A stretch of DNA of 64,000 bases. Origin: Hyphomicrobiaceae bacterium (GTDB taxonomy: Bacteria > Pseudomonadota > Alphaproteobacteria > Rhizobiales > Aestuariivirgaceae). The translations under genes were made by a program, and so were the position numbers. Each line of letters opens with the position of its first letter. Within the stretch, counting starts at the first letter, position 1. The stretch is taken from NCBI GenBank assembly GCA_900298995.1, contig OMIC01000032.1:4254-68253 (forward strand). The letters are read 5' to 3'. Below the pieces are notes generated by a model. It had not been told where the DNA came from and did not search any database. It saw only the letters and a list, made by a program, of their open reading frames with translations. Shown piece by piece: positions 1 through 14,121 of this stretch.

Positions 1-3546
<3,546 letters not shown>

Positions 3547-3554
3547 TGGAAGAT

Positions 3555-3576
3555 GCCGGGGGTTCGTCCCCCTGGC
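3555..3576 (+). other. GC-rich stem-loop in the rpoB-rpoC spacer (function unknown)
   Basis: GCCGGGGG / TTCGTC loop / CCCCTGGC gives an 8-bp stem including one G.U pair. It lies just after the rpoB stop. No U-tract follows, so it is not an intrinsic terminator. Confidence 0.3.
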
Positions 3577-3637
3577 TTGAGTCACACAAGAGTACGAACA
3601 GCCTGCGGGGGTATCCCGCCTAAAGGAGAAGTGACCG

Positions 3638-6600
3638 ATGAACCAAGAGGTCATGAATGTCTTCAACCCGGCAACGCCGGCTCCGACTTTTGATCAGATC
3701 CGGATCTCGATCGCGAGTCCGGAGAAGATCCTGTCGTGGTCGTTTGGCGAGATAAAGAAGCCGGAAACCATCAATTACCGGACGTTCAAGCCGGAGCGTG
3801 ATGGTCTCTTCTGCGCGCGGATCTTCGGGCCGGTGAAGGATTACGAGTGCCTGTGCGGAAAGTACAAGCGCATGAAGTACAAGGGTATCATCTGCGAGAA
3901 GTGCGGCGTCGAGGTCACCTTGTCAAAGGTCCGTCGCGAACGCATGGGTCATATCGAACTCGCAGCGCCGGTTGCGCATATCTGGTTCCTGAAGTCGCTT
4001 CCGAGCCGGATCTCGATGCTTCTCGACATGACGCTCAAGGATGTCGAACGCATACTGTATTTCGAGAGCTACATCGTTCTCGAGCCGGGACTGACGCCGC
4101 TGAAGCTGCACCAGTTGTTGACTGAGAGCGAGTATCTCAAGGCCCAGGAAGACTATGGCGAGGACTCGTTTACCGCCGGTATCGGCGCGGAAGCAGTTCG
4201 TGACATGCTAATGTCGATCAATCTCGAACAACTGCGCGAGCAGTTGCGCGAGGAATTGAAGACAGCCACGGGCGATCTCAAGCCGAAGAAGATCGCGAAG
4301 CGGCTGAAACTGGTCGAGAGCTTCATCGATTCTGGCAACCGCCCGGAGTGGATGATCCTGACCCAGGTCCCGGTCATTCCGCCCGAACTCCGCCCGCTGG
4401 TTCCACTCGACGGTGGCCGGTTTGCAACTTCGGATCTCAACGACCTCTATCGCCGCGTGATCAATCGCAACAATCGACTGAAGCGGCTTATCGAGCTGCG
4501 CGCGCCAGACATTATCGTACGAAATGAAAAGCGCATGCTTCAGGAAGCGGTTGACGCGCTCTTCGATAACGGCCGCCGCGGCCGGGTCATCACTGGCGCC
4601 AACAAGCGTCCGCTGAAGTCGCTTGCCGACATGCTGAAGGGCAAGCAGGGCCGGTTCCGCCAAAACCTGCTCGGAAAGCGCGTCGATTATTCCGGCCGCT
4701 CGGTGATCGTTGTTGGACCCGAACTCAAACTTCATCAGTGCGGGTTGCCGAAAAAGATGGCGCTCGAATTGTTCAAGCCCTTCATCTATTCCCGGCTTGA
4801 CGCCAAGGGTCTGTCAGCAACTGTCAAGCAGGCTAAAAAGCTGGTTGAGAAGGAAAAGCCGGAAGTCTGGGATATTCTTGATGAAGTCATCCGAGAGCAT
4901 CCGGTCCTACTCAATCGCGCGCCGACGCTCCACCGTCTGGGCATTCAGGCATTCGAACCAGTGCTGATCGAGGGTAAAGCGATCCAGCTTCATCCACTTG
5001 TCTGTACCGCCTTCAATGCAGACTTCGACGGCGACCAGATGGCTGTGCACGTGCCATTGTCGCTGGAAGCACAGCTCGAAGCGCGCGTCCTGATGATGTC
5101 GACGAACAACGTTTTGCATCCTGCAAACGGTCAGCCGATCATTGTTCCCTCTCAGGACATTGTTCTGGGCCTCTATTACCTTTCGATCATGCGTAAGGGG
5201 GAGCCGGGCGAGGGCAAGGCCTTTGGAAATCTCGCTGAGATCGACCATGCTCTTGCGGCAGGGGTCATCACGCTGCACACGAAGATCAAGGGCCGCGTCA
5301 GCGAAATGAATGCGGATGGGAAGATCGTCACACGGATCGTGGAAACCACGCCCGGGCGCATGAAGATCGGTGAATTGCTGCCCAAGGCAAAGGGTATCAG
5401 CTACGATCATTGCAACAAACTCATGACCAAGCGCGACATCTCTCGGATGATTGATGCGGTGTACCGCCATTGTGGTCAGAAGGAATCGGTCATCTTCTGC
5501 GACCGCATCATGGGTCTTGGTTTCTACAATGCCTATAAGGCAGGCATTTCCTTCGGCAAAGATGACATGGTCATCCCTGAGACCAAGGAAAAGATTGTCA
5601 ACCAAACGCGCGATCTCGTGAAGGAGTTCGAACAGCAGTACATTGATGGCCTGATTACCCAGGGTGAAAAATACAACAAGGTTGTGGACGCCTGGGCCAA
5701 GACCACGGACAAGGTGGCTGAGGAGATGATGGCACGTATTTCTGCCGTGCAACCCGACGAGAAGACCGGTCGTGAGAAGCCCATCAACTCGATCTACATG
5801 ATGAGTCATTCCGGCGCGCGCGGTTCGCCCGCTCAGATGAAGCAGCTTGGCGGCATGCGCGGTCTGATGGCCAAGCCGTCTGGTGAAATCATCGAGACGC
5901 CGATCATCTCAAACTTCAAGGAGGGCCTGTCGGTCCTCGAGTACTTCAATTCTACCCATGGCGCCCGCAAGGGACTCGCGGATACTGCATTGAAGACAGC
6001 CAACTCCGGCTATCTCACCCGCCGCCTGGTTGACGTCGCACAGGACGCCATCATTTCCGAAGTGGATTGTGGAACCAAGGCGTCGATCACCGCTCGTCCG
6101 ATTATTGATGCCGGTGAAATCATCGCGTCTCTTGGAAGTCGTGTCCTCGGGCGCACTGCAGCAATGGATGTGATTGACCCAGCGAAGGGCGATATCATCG
6201 TCGCTACAGGTAACGAAATACTTGAGCCACACGTCGAGCGGATCGAGAAGTCCGGACTCTCGGAAATACGTATCCGGTCGGTTCTGACCTGCGAAACCAA
6301 GTTCGGTGTCTGCGCAAAATGCTATGGCCGTGACCTTGCACGCGGCACGCCTGTGAACATGGGTGAGGCCGTTGGCGTTATTGCTGCCCAGTCGATCGGT
6401 GAACCTGGTACCCAGCTCACCATGCGTACCTTCCATATCGGCGGCACCGCACAGGTGCTGAACGAGTCCTTCATCGAGGCCAACGCGGACGGCAAGATCA
6501 CCATCCGCAACAAGAACGTCGCGAAGGATGCAGCCGGCAGGCTCATGGTCATGGGCCGGAACTCGGCTCTGGTCCTCGTCGACGAGAATGGCACGGAACG

Positions 6601-7807
6601 GGCCGTTCACAAGCTTGGCTATGGAACCCGTCTCTATGTCGATGAAGGTGACAAGGTGAAGCGCGGCGCGCGTCTTGCGGAATGGGATCCTTATACCCGT
6701 CCGCTCATGACCGAGGCAGAAGGTACGGTTGAATTCGAAGACGTTGTCGAAGGCGTGTCGGTGAACGAGGTTGCGGATGAGGCAACCGGCATCACCAACC
6801 GCGTGATCATCGATTGGCGTTCGAACCAGCGAGGGTCCTCTCTCAAGCCGGCAATGGTGATCAAGGGTAAGGATGGCAAGGTGATGAAGCTCGCCCGTGG
6901 CGGTGAGGCGCGCTACCTGCTGTCCGTTGATGCCGTTCTTTCGGTGGATCCGGGAGCGAAAGTCACTGCCGGTGATGTGCTTGCGCGCATCCCCCTTGAA
7001 AGCGCAAGGACACGCGACATCACCGGTGGTCTTCCGCGCGTTGCTGAACTGTTCGAAGCACGGCGCCCGAAGGATCACGCAATCATCGCCGAGATTTCCG
7101 GCAGGGTGGAGTTCGGCCGTGATTACAAGAACAAGCGTCGCATCCGCATCGTTCCGCAGGAAGAGGGAGCGGAAGCAGTCGAGTATCTGATCCCCAAGGG
7201 TAAGCATCTGCCGGTTCAGGAAGGGGACTTCATCGAGAAGGGTGAGTTCATCATGGACGGCAACCCGGCGCCGCATGACATTCTCGACATCAAGGGTGTT
7301 GAGGAACTTGCTTCATACCTCGTCAATGAAATCCAGGAAGTCTATCGACTTCAGGGCGTGAACATCAACGACAAGCACATTGAAGTGATTGTCCGCCAGA
7401 TGCTTCAGAAGGTTGAGATCACGGATTCCGGCGAGTCGACCCTCCTTGTGGGGGAGCAGGTTGATCGCGAGGAACTTGACCACGAGAATGCCAAGCTTCT
7501 TGCCGAGGGACTTCGTCCCGCGTCGGGCAAGCCTGTGCTTCTGGGTATCACAAAGGCGTCGCTGCAGACGCGGTCGTTCATTTCGGCGGCTTCGTTCCAG
7601 GAGACAACCCGTGTACTCACCGAGGCATCCATCATTGGCAAGGTCGATACACTGGAGGGCCTGAAGGAGAATGTTATCGTTGGACGCCTCATCCCGGCAG
7701 GTACCGGCGGAATGTTGACCCGCCTGCGGCAGGTTGCGGACAAGCGCGATCAACTCATTTTGGAAGAACAGGCCAAGGCGTCGGAATTGCCGCCAGCCGC
7801 CGAGTAA
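3638..7807 (+). CDS. rpoC: DNA-directed RNA polymerase subunit beta'
   Basis: 1389-aa ORF. Zn-finger [23 protein letters not shown] and catalytic [12 protein letters not shown] are present. An AAGGAG RBS sits upstream of the ATG. Confidence 0.98.
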   Translation: MNQEVMNVFNPATPAPTFDQIRISIASPEKILSWSFGEIKKPETINYRTFKPERDGLFCARIFGPVKDYECLCGKYKRMKYKGIICEKCGVEVTLSKVRRERMGHIELAAPVAHIWFLKSLPSRISMLLDMTLKDVERILYFESYIVLEPGLTPLKLHQLLTESEYLKAQEDYGEDSFTAGIGAEAVRDMLMSINLEQLREQLREELKTATGDLKPKKIAKRLKLVESFIDSGNRPEWMILTQVPVIPPELRPLVPLDGGRFATSDLNDLYRRVINRNNRLKRLIELRAPDIIVRNEKRMLQEAVDALFDNGRRGRVITGANKRPLKSLADMLKGKQGRFRQNLLGKRVDYSGRSVIVVGPELKLHQCGLPKKMALELFKPFIYSRLDAKGLSATVKQAKKLVEKEKPEVWDILDEVIREHPVLLNRAPTLHRLGIQAFEPVLIEGKAIQLHPLVCTAFNADFDGDQMAVHVPLSLEAQLEARVLMMSTNNVLHPANGQPIIVPSQDIVLGLYYLSIMRKGEPGEGKAFGNLAEIDHALAAGVITLHTKIKGRVSEMNADGKIVTRIVETTPGRMKIGELLPKAKGISYDHCNKLMTKRDISRMIDAVYRHCGQKESVIFCDRIMGLGFYNAYKAGISFGKDDMVIPETKEKIVNQTRDLVKEFEQQYIDGLITQGEKYNKVVDAWAKTTDKVAEEMMARISAVQPDEKTGREKPINSIYMMSHSGARGSPAQMKQLGGMRGLMAKPSGEIIETPIISNFKEGLSVLEYFNSTHGARKGLADTALKTANSGYLTRRLVDVAQDAIISEVDCGTKASITARPIIDAGEIIASLGSRVLGRTAAMDVIDPAKGDIIVATGNEILEPHVERIEKSGLSEIRIRSVLTCETKFGVCAKCYGRDLARGTPVNMGEAVGVIAAQSIGEPGTQLTMRTFHIGGTAQVLNESFIEANADGKITIRNKNVAKDAAGRLMVMGRNSALVLVDENGTERAVHKLGYGTRLYVDEGDKVKRGARLAEWDPYTRPLMTEAEGTVEFEDVVEGVSVNEVADEATGITNRVIIDWRSNQRGSSLKPAMVIKGKDGKVMKLARGGEARYLLSVDAVLSVDPGAKVTAGDVLARIPLESARTRDITGGLPRVAELFEARRPKDHAIIAEISGRVEFGRDYKNKRRIRIVPQEEGAEAVEYLIPKGKHLPVQEGDFIEKGEFIMDGNPAPHDILDIKGVEELASYLVNEIQEVYRLQGVNINDKHIEVIVRQMLQKVEITDSGESTLLVGEQVDREELDHENAKLLAEGLRPASGKPVLLGITKASLQTRSFISAASFQETTRVLTEASIIGKVDTLEGLKENVIVGRLIPAGTGGMLTRLRQVADKRDQLILEEQAKASELPPAAE

Positions 7808-7827
7808 TCGCATAATCTACAGAAAAA

Positions 7828-7856
7828 GGCCCGGCACGCGCCGGGCCCTTTTTTAT
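7828..7856 (+). terminator. Rho-independent terminator after rpoC
   Basis: GGCCCGGC-ACGC-GCCGGGCC forms a perfect 8-bp GC stem (7828-7847) followed by CTTTTTTATT. It lies 20 nt after the rpoC stop. Confidence 0.85.
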
Positions 7857-7890
7857 TCACGACACGGCTCAAGAAACTGAGGCGGTATCA

Positions 7891-8508
7891 ATGACACTCT
7901 CTGACGGTTGGCTGTTCTCTGTTCTTCTCTTTGCGGTATCGACCTGCTTTTCGCCGGGCCCGAACAACCTGATGTTGCTGACCTCGGGTGCCAAATTTGG
8001 GCTTTCAAGGAGCTGGCGGCACATATGGGGAATCGGTGTTGGTTTCCCCCTCATGATTGCCATGGTTGCAGCTTTCATGGGCGGAATGTTTCACGCTTTG
8101 CCCTGGCTTCATGATGTCATGAATGTCGTCGGCGCTGTCTATCTTCTCTATCTGAGCTGGAAGATCATTCTGGATGGGGGTTCGCTCGAACAGGGAGATA
8201 GCGGCAATCCCTTGAAATTCACGGAGGCAGCATTGTTTCAGTGGGTCAATCCCAAGGCATGGGTCATGGCCACAGGTGCAATCGCCACCTACACGACGGA
8301 TGCAGAGTATGCTTTGGAGGTTGCCATCTTGGTCGCCGCGTTTTTTCTGGTCGGTACAGCCTCGAGCCTGACCTGGGTTCTGTTCGGGACCTTCATAGCG
8401 CAATTCCTGAGTTCCCCAGGACGCATGCGTGTATTCAACATCACGCTCGGCGTTTTGTTGATAGCTTCGGTCTTGCCAATTCTACTCTCGAGATGGGGGA
8501 TACCTTGA
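7891..8508 (+). CDS. LysE/RhtB family amino-acid exporter
   Basis: 205 aa with about 6 hydrophobic segments. The N-terminal FSPGPNNLMLL motif is typical of LysE/RhtB translocators. ATG start with an upstream GAGG. Confidence 0.85.
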   Translation: MTLSDGWLFSVLLFAVSTCFSPGPNNLMLLTSGAKFGLSRSWRHIWGIGVGFPLMIAMVAAFMGGMFHALPWLHDVMNVVGAVYLLYLSWKIILDGGSLEQGDSGNPLKFTEAALFQWVNPKAWVMATGAIATYTTDAEYALEVAILVAAFFLVGTASSLTWVLFGTFIAQFLSSPGRMRVFNITLGVLLIASVLPILLSRWGIP

Positions 8509-8657
8509 CTCTCGACGCCAAGAATGGGGCGCCATTGAGAACCTTGTTTGCTCGTATTCAAATATTCGCTCGATAAGAAAGTCTCGCCCCGTCTGTGCCA
8601 GTGTTCTCGACAGGGTGCTTGTGGTAAATTGAATCTCGTGCGGATTTGTGATCGATA

Positions 8658-9080
8658 TTAGTCGGTCAAGGCCCCCCTGATCCGGCCGGCATGATCGGCC
8701 AGCAAGGCAGGATCGGCCATCTGGCCAGTATGTGGTCGAAGAGCGGTCCCGGCGGTTCGGGGCAACACGTGGAAGTGCAAGTGAAAGACAGTCTGTCCGG
8801 CCGCAGGCTCGTTGAATTGCTGTATGAGAACGCCCTCAGCGTTAAATGCCTTACGAACCGCCCGAGACACTTTTTGTACCGAAGCGAGGAGAGGACCAAG
8901 TTCCACGGGCTCTGCGTCGAGTAGATTACGCGAACCCCGCTTCGGGATCACCAGCGTATGGCCGTCGGCTTGGGGCATGACGTCCATGAATGCCAAGCTG
9001 TGGTCATCTTCGTAGACTTTATGGCAAGGGATTTCACCACGGAGGATCTTGGCGAAGATATTGTTGCTGTCGTAGTTCAT
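8658..9080 (-). CDS. HIT family protein (histidine triad nucleotide hydrolase/transferase)
   Basis: 140 aa with the histidine triad HLHFHVLPR near the C-terminus. ATG at 9080. Confidence 0.9.
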   Translation of the reverse strand: MNYDSNNIFAKILRGEIPCHKVYEDDHSLAFMDVMPQADGHTLVIPKRGSRNLLDAEPVELGPLLASVQKVSRAVRKAFNAEGVLIQQFNEPAAGQTVFHLHFHVLPRTAGTALRPHTGQMADPALLADHAGRIRGALTD

Positions 9081-9098
9081 GGCGTGCTTCCCACTCGG

Positions 9099-10241
9099 TC
9101 AATCATCCTGTTCCTGCCGGAACGGGGCGTGTCCCGCAAGTGCCTGCTGCTCCTCGAGTACGCCCTGTCTTTCGGCCTCCAAGAACCGGGCAACCGCGTG
9201 TTGCAGTCCTGGGTGGGCCAACTGGTGAAGGCTGTGCGTCGTGATGGGCATATAGCCTCTCGCCAGCTTGTGTCCTCCTTGAGCGCCAGCTTCCACGCGC
9301 TGAAGTTTGCGAGAGATGGCATAGTCGATGGCCTGATAATAACAGGTTTCGAAATGCAGGCTGTCATGATGTTCGATGGCGCCCCAGTTCCGGCCATAGA
9401 GGGCATGGGAGCCAATGAAATTTAATGCGCCTGCAATCATCTTTCCAGCGCGCTCGGCCATCACGAGAAGGATGTGATCTGCCATCGACTTGCCGATCAG
9501 ACTGAAGAAGGTTCGATTGAGGTAGGGCGTACCCCATTTTCGGGCGCCCGTGTCCATGTAGAACTCGTAGAACGCGTCCCAGTGTTTCTCACAGATGTCA
9601 CTACCGGTCAGAAGTTGAAGTCGGATACCCGCTCGCGCGACAGCGGCGCGCTCCCTTCGGATATTTTTGCGCTTCGCTGAAGACAGTGCTGCGAGATAAT
9701 TGGCGAAACTATCATAAGCATCGTTGTGCCAGTGGAACTGGATGTCAGTTCGCTGTAGCCACGTTGCGCCTCCCAGTTCTTTCCAGTCTGTTGAGGGCAG
9801 GAAGGTGACATGCACGGAGGAACACCTCTCGTGTTTGCTGAGGTCAATCAATGCCTGCGCAAGCTCCGATCGTGTCACGGCATCTGCCGCGAAAAACCGC
9901 GGTCCGGTCACTGGTGTGAATGGAATACTCACTTGAAGCTTGGGATAATATCGCCCTCCGGCGCGCATGAACGCGTCGGCCCAACCGTGGTCGAACACAT
10001 ATTCCCCATAGGAGTGCGTTTTCTTGAAACACGGAGTAATGCCACGTACACGGCCGCTCGTGTCCGTCAGTACAAGATGACGGGGAGCCCAGCCTGTGTC
10101 CTCTGTCGCGCAACCGGATTGCTCAAGGCACCGGAAGAATGAATGAGATACGAGGGGGTTGAACTCCGATCCGGACGGGTTTGCGAGCCCATCCCAGTCT
10201 GCGGCATTGATGTCCATGATGCTGGTCGCGATCTGCCGCAT
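9099..10241 (-). CDS. DUF482 / FemAB-like GNAT-fold acyltransferase family protein (COG3146-like)
   Basis: The translation (MDINAADWDGL...YGEYVFDHGWADAF...YYPKLQVSIPFTPVTGPR...LYGRNWG...HFETCYYQAIDYAI...EAGAQGGHKLARGY) matches my recollection of this family. I set the start at the ATG at 10241, one nt after the upstream stop. An ATG at 10217 is also possible. The track's 10385 start overlaps the upstream gene. Confidence 0.7.
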   Translation of the reverse strand: MRQIATSIMDINAADWDGLANPSGSEFNPLVSHSFFRCLEQSGCATEDTGWAPRHLVLTDTSGRVRGITPCFKKTHSYGEYVFDHGWADAFMRAGGRYYPKLQVSIPFTPVTGPRFFAADAVTRSELAQALIDLSKHERCSSVHVTFLPSTDWKELGGATWLQRTDIQFHWHNDAYDSFANYLAALSSAKRKNIRRERAAVARAGIRLQLLTGSDICEKHWDAFYEFYMDTGARKWGTPYLNRTFFSLIGKSMADHILLVMAERAGKMIAGALNFIGSHALYGRNWGAIEHHDSLHFETCYYQAIDYAISRKLQRVEAGAQGGHKLARGYMPITTHSLHQLAHPGLQHAVARFLEAERQGVLEEQQALAGHAPFRQEQDD

Positions 10242-10242
10242 G

Positions 10243-11001
10243 TCAGGGCAGATAACCTTCGAATGTGATCTGGTCAGAGTAGCGGAGCGCTGCCTGGGCT
10301 TCCTGAGGACTTCTGATGGTCCAGGTGATAATTGGCATGCCGGCGCTCCGTAGGGCTGTGATTGGCGCCCAGGGGAGATCCTCAAAATAGAATGAGACGA
10401 AATCCGGCTTGCTGCGACCGATATGACTGAAATTTCTCAGTTCCTGCCGCCGAGGAAGTGGCAGCTTTTCATAATATGGGTCGAATGCTCTTTCGGCGAC
10501 AATGCCCCGAACTGTATTGGGCGATAGCCGGGCGATTGCCGCAACGATGTCTGGATCGAAAGACATGAGGACGTGAGGTCGCCGGTAGGCCTTCAGCAAA
10601 TCGATGGCACGCATAACCAACCGGTCATCACCGTCCCAATGGGTTTTCAACTCAATCACCAGGGGTACTGCTCCGCCAACCTGTTCCAGAAACTCCCGAA
10701 AGGTCTGGATGCGGTCCGGTGAATTCCTAAAGGCAACCGCCTTCAATTCCGGCACAGTGAGGTACCGTACCTCGCCGCTCGCCAGTGTAAGGCGCTCGAG
10801 GCTTTCATCATGAAAGACCACAGCCTCGCCTTCGCGGGTGATCTGCAGGTCGCATTCAATGGCATATTTCGCGCGGATCGCCGCGGAGAAGGCGGTCTCC
10901 GTATTTTCGACGACGCCAGCCTGCTCATCATGAAGTCCGCGATGCGCGATGGGACGGGCGGTGAGGAAGCCGAATGATGAGATGTCCTTCCTGGTGGTCA
11001 A
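10243..11001 (-). CDS. Glycerophosphodiester phosphodiesterase family protein
   Basis: 252 aa. The N-terminal IAHRGL...ENT motif and E/D/H residues (ECDLQITREGEAVVFHD) are typical of the GDPD fold. TTG start 2 nt after the ridA-like stop. Confidence 0.85.
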   Translation of the reverse strand: MTTRKDISSFGFLTARPIAHRGLHDEQAGVVENTETAFSAAIRAKYAIECDLQITREGEAVVFHDESLERLTLASGEVRYLTVPELKAVAFRNSPDRIQTFREFLEQVGGAVPLVIELKTHWDGDDRLVMRAIDLLKAYRRPHVLMSFDPDIVAAIARLSPNTVRGIVAERAFDPYYEKLPLPRRQELRNFSHIGRSKPDFVSFYFEDLPWAPITALRSAGMPIITWTIRSPQEAQAALRYSDQITFEGYLP

Positions 11002-11003
11002 GG

Positions 11004-11468
11004 TCAGTCGATCTCCACAATGGCTTCGACCTCTGTCGAAATGCCCAAGGGAAGCGACGGGGATGCGACTGCTGAGCGCGCATGCCGACCCTTGTCCCCG
11101 AAAACGTCAACCATGAGATCCGAAGCGCCGTTGATCACCTTGGGGTGGTCCTTGAAGTCCGCCGTAGCGTTGACGAAACCCACGAGCTTGACGATCCGCC
11201 TCACGCGGTCGAGGTCGCCCCCGCAAGCCTCCTTCAATTGCGCGATCACATTTATTCCGCAAAGCCGAGCCGACCGGATGCCCTCCTCAAGAGATAAAGA
11301 TTTCCCAAGCGTGCCAGGATAGGACACTTGACCGTCTGTGATGGGGCCCTGGCCCGAAATGAACACGAGATTTCCGGCACGTACCCATGGAACATAGTTC
11401 GCAATGGGCTTTGCAGCTGCCGGCAATTCAATGCCGAGTTCCTTCAGCCGTATGTCAATCTGTCCCAT
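11004..11468 (-). CDS. RidA/YjgF family protein
   Basis: 154 aa with YjgF/UK114-like length and C-terminal pattern (...ARSAVASPSLPLGISTEVEAIVEI). ATG preceded by GAGGA. Confidence 0.85.
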   Translation of the reverse strand: MGQIDIRLKELGIELPAAAKPIANYVPWVRAGNLVFISGQGPITDGQVSYPGTLGKSLSLEEGIRSARLCGINVIAQLKEACGGDLDRVRRIVKLVGFVNATADFKDHPKVINGASDLMVDVFGDKGRHARSAVASPSLPLGISTEVEAIVEID

Positions 11469-11536
11469 GTTATCCTCGCAACCGTTGGTTATTCAGAGTG
11501 TGGCCGCTCGCTCCGTATGGGTCAAGCAGGCGTCGT

Positions 11537-12520
11537 TCAACCCCGGGTGAGAAGATCTGTTGGCCGCTCACCTTCGAAGAACTGAACCAGATTGTCGATG
11601 CAGCGATTCGCCATGGCGCTGCGCGTGCCCGGAGTTGCGCTTCCGATGTGGGGAAGCAGAAACACATTGTCGAGAGTTCGATAACGGGGATCGATCTGTG
11701 GCTCACCACGAAAAACGTCAAGGCCCGCGGCGGCAAGCTTACCCGATTGAAGCGCGGCGATCACCGCGTCGTCATCGATGATATCCCCTCGCGCCGTATT
11801 GACCAGTATTGCGCCGTCCGGAAGGCTTGAGAGGGCTTCTCTGTTGATCATGCCGCGGGTCTCGGGCGTGGAGGCGCAATTAACCGACAGAAAATCGCAG
11901 TTTGGCAGCATGTCGGCAAAACGGGAGTGATAGACCGCCTCGCAGGCCTTGGCTGCGGAGACGGGTTTACGAGCATGGTAGTGGATGGTCATGCCAAAGG
12001 CCCGGGCGCGGTGTGCGACCGCCTGTCCAATGCGGCCCATGCCGAGTATGCCGAGGCGTTTACCGGACACGTCATGACCGAGGGGCGAAATCAGCGTTGA
12101 CTGGCCCCAGCGGTTCTCGCGGACCATGCGATCCCCCCAGGAGGCTCCCCGAGCTGCTCCAAGGATCAGGAGAAGGGTGATATCTGCGGTCGCGTCGGTC
12201 AGAACGTCGGGCGTGTTCGTGACTGCTATGCCCCGGCTATTGGCCTGCTCGATCGACAGGTGGTCATAGCCTACCGAGTGGGTCGCGATGATTCGGACTG
12301 AGGACGGCACGACGGCTATGAAATCAGGACCAAGTTTGTCGAGTGACGACACAAGCAGTCCGTCATATTGATGAGCCTTCTCCAGGATCTCGTCCCGGCT
12401 CATCGGCCGGTCGTCATGGTTCAGGCTGGCGCGGAAAAGGCTCGAGATTCGTCGCTCGGCATCTGGCATCATACGCCGCGTGACCAGGATACGTGGAGAA
12501 TCAGGGCCTTGTCCTGGCAT
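11537..12520 (-). CDS. D-2-hydroxyacid dehydrogenase (glyoxylate/hydroxypyruvate reductase-like)
   Basis: NAD-binding GILGMGRIGQAVA plus the catalytic region RGDIIDDDA...LPHIGSAT. I chose the ATG at 12520 (MPGQG...) because GGAAGAGG precedes it. The track starts at 12580 and 12544 lack an RBS. Confidence 0.88.
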   Translation of the reverse strand: MPGQGPDSPRILVTRRMMPDAERRISSLFRASLNHDDRPMSRDEILEKAHQYDGLLVSSLDKLGPDFIAVVPSSVRIIATHSVGYDHLSIEQANSRGIAVTNTPDVLTDATADITLLLILGAARGASWGDRMVRENRWGQSTLISPLGHDVSGKRLGILGMGRIGQAVAHRARAFGMTIHYHARKPVSAAKACEAVYHSRFADMLPNCDFLSVNCASTPETRGMINREALSSLPDGAILVNTARGDIIDDDAVIAALQSGKLAAAGLDVFRGEPQIDPRYRTLDNVFLLPHIGSATPGTRSAMANRCIDNLVQFFEGERPTDLLTRG

Positions 12521-12601
12521 CCTTGCCTCTTCCTTCACAGTCATTATGTTAGATTGCGATTTTCGGGTCCATTGGACCATCCGGCTTCAGGAGTTTCAAG
12601 T

Positions 12602-13411
12602 TTGAAAACCAGAATATCCCTTCTCGTGTTGCTCCTGGGTTTCGGAAGCGCTCAGGCTGCTCAGATCGCGCCTCACCGGGCGATTTACGATCTGTCACTG
12701 TTGCGGGCAGGGGAGGGTGCTTCCTTGCAATCCGCATCAGGCCGGTTGGCGTTTGAGATCGACGGCTCCAGCTGTGAGGGGTACACGGTCAATTTCCGGA
12801 TGGCCACGAAGTACCGCCCTGCCGAGGGCACGACGATGGTCATCGATACGACGACAACCACCTATGAGAGCGGTGATGCCCGCGAGTTGCGTCACCACGT
12901 CAAGGAAGTCGTCAATGGCTCTGTTCGTGAGAACACGCGTATCAGGTTCAACCGGCCGACAGCAGCGGCCCAGGGTCAGGGTGAGATTGCCGATAAGCCT
13001 GACAAGTCTTTTACTGTGCCTCCCGCCGCAATGTTGCCTATGCAGCATCAAATTCGCCTCATCAACCTTGCCGAGGGCGGCGGCGGTCGCGATTCAAGCG
13101 TCATTTTCGATGGCTCCGACGGAGCCAAGTCGTTTCGGGCGATTTCCTTCGTAGGGAAACAACGCACTTTGGGCAGCAGCGGGTCAGATACGGTAAACCC
13201 TGCGTCACGGCTCTTGGCTAGCTCCCGCGCCTGGCCAATGACAGTCAGTTACTACACACTCGACGGGGACAACGAAACGCCTGAGTATCAGGTCAGCTTC
13301 AACATGTATGAAAATGGGGTGGCAACTGAGCTTGTTCTCGATTACGGCGATTTCGCGCTCAAAGGAACCCTGACTGACCTCAAGATGCTTGATACGTCGG
13401 GGTGTCCGTAG
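12602..13411 (+). CDS. DUF1849 (EipB-like) periplasmic cell-envelope integrity protein
   Basis: TTG start at 12602, 8 nt after GGAG. It gives a signal peptide KTRISLLVLLLGFGSAQA-AQ. One Cys lies near the N-terminus (SSCEGY) and one at the extreme C-terminus (TSGCP), as I recall for Brucella EipB. The track's upstream extension (12368-12601) overlaps the divergent dehydrogenase gene. Confidence 0.7.
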   Translation: MKTRISLLVLLLGFGSAQAAQIAPHRAIYDLSLLRAGEGASLQSASGRLAFEIDGSSCEGYTVNFRMATKYRPAEGTTMVIDTTTTTYESGDARELRHHVKEVVNGSVRENTRIRFNRPTAAAQGQGEIADKPDKSFTVPPAAMLPMQHQIRLINLAEGGGGRDSSVIFDGSDGAKSFRAISFVGKQRTLGSSGSDTVNPASRLLASSRAWPMTVSYYTLDGDNETPEYQVSFNMYENGVATELVLDYGDFALKGTLTDLKMLDTSGCP

Positions 13412-13416
13412 CCGCG

Positions 13417-14112
13417 ATGTCTCGTCTTCAGCGCCAGAAGGAAGACTCCGATGTTGAGGCGTTTCTGGACCGCGTCAGGCAGACGCCAGTGCCCGGTAGC
13501 TCCGGACAACCGGGTCGCCTGATGCTGGCGATGGATGCCACCATGAGCCGCCAGCACAGCTGGGACATGGCTCTCACCATTCAGGCCGAAATGTTCTCTG
13601 AGGCCAGCCGCCTTGGCGGTCTTGCGGTCCAACTCGTATATTTCCGAGGCTTCGGGGAGTGCCGGGCGTCAAAATGGACAGCCGATACCTCGGGTCTTGC
13701 AAGGCTGATGGCAAGCGTTCGGTGCGCGGGGGGGCAGACCCAGATCCTGAAGGTGCTGAAACATTTTCGCAGCGAAGCGGGATCCGGTAAGGTCAACGCC
13801 TGTGTCTACGTCGGAGACGCTCTTGAGGAGCCGATCGACGACCTCGCCGCTGTTGCCGGTGAGATCGGATTGCTTGGCGTACCGATTTTCTTGTTTCAGG
13901 AAGGCTCTGACAGCACGGCCGAGCGCGGGTTCAGGGAGATCGCCCGTCTGACGCGGGGAGCCTATTTCCCGTTTGATCGGGGCTCAGCAAGCACCCTGCG
14001 CGAGTTGCTCTCAGCCGTCGCAGTCTATGCGGCGGGCGGGTTGCGCGCGCTGGAGGCCCGCTCGGCCTCGCGGGGGGGCTGTGCCAGTTTGCTTCTCGGC
14101 AAGATGACTTAG
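13417..14112 (+). CDS. VWA domain-containing protein (cytoplasmic, MIDAS-like DxTxS)
   Basis: About 231 aa with no signal peptide. LMLAMDATMS resembles a MIDAS DxSxS/T motif at the start of a Rossmann-like alternation. The ATG lies 5 nt after the preceding stop. Confidence 0.7.
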   Translation: MSRLQRQKEDSDVEAFLDRVRQTPVPGSSGQPGRLMLAMDATMSRQHSWDMALTIQAEMFSEASRLGGLAVQLVYFRGFGECRASKWTADTSGLARLMASVRCAGGQTQILKVLKHFRSEAGSGKVNACVYVGDALEEPIDDLAAVAGEIGLLGVPIFLFQEGSDSTAERGFREIARLTRGAYFPFDRGSASTLRELLSAVAVYAAGGLRALEARSASRGGCASLLLGKMT

Positions 14113-14121
14113 GGCGGAGCA

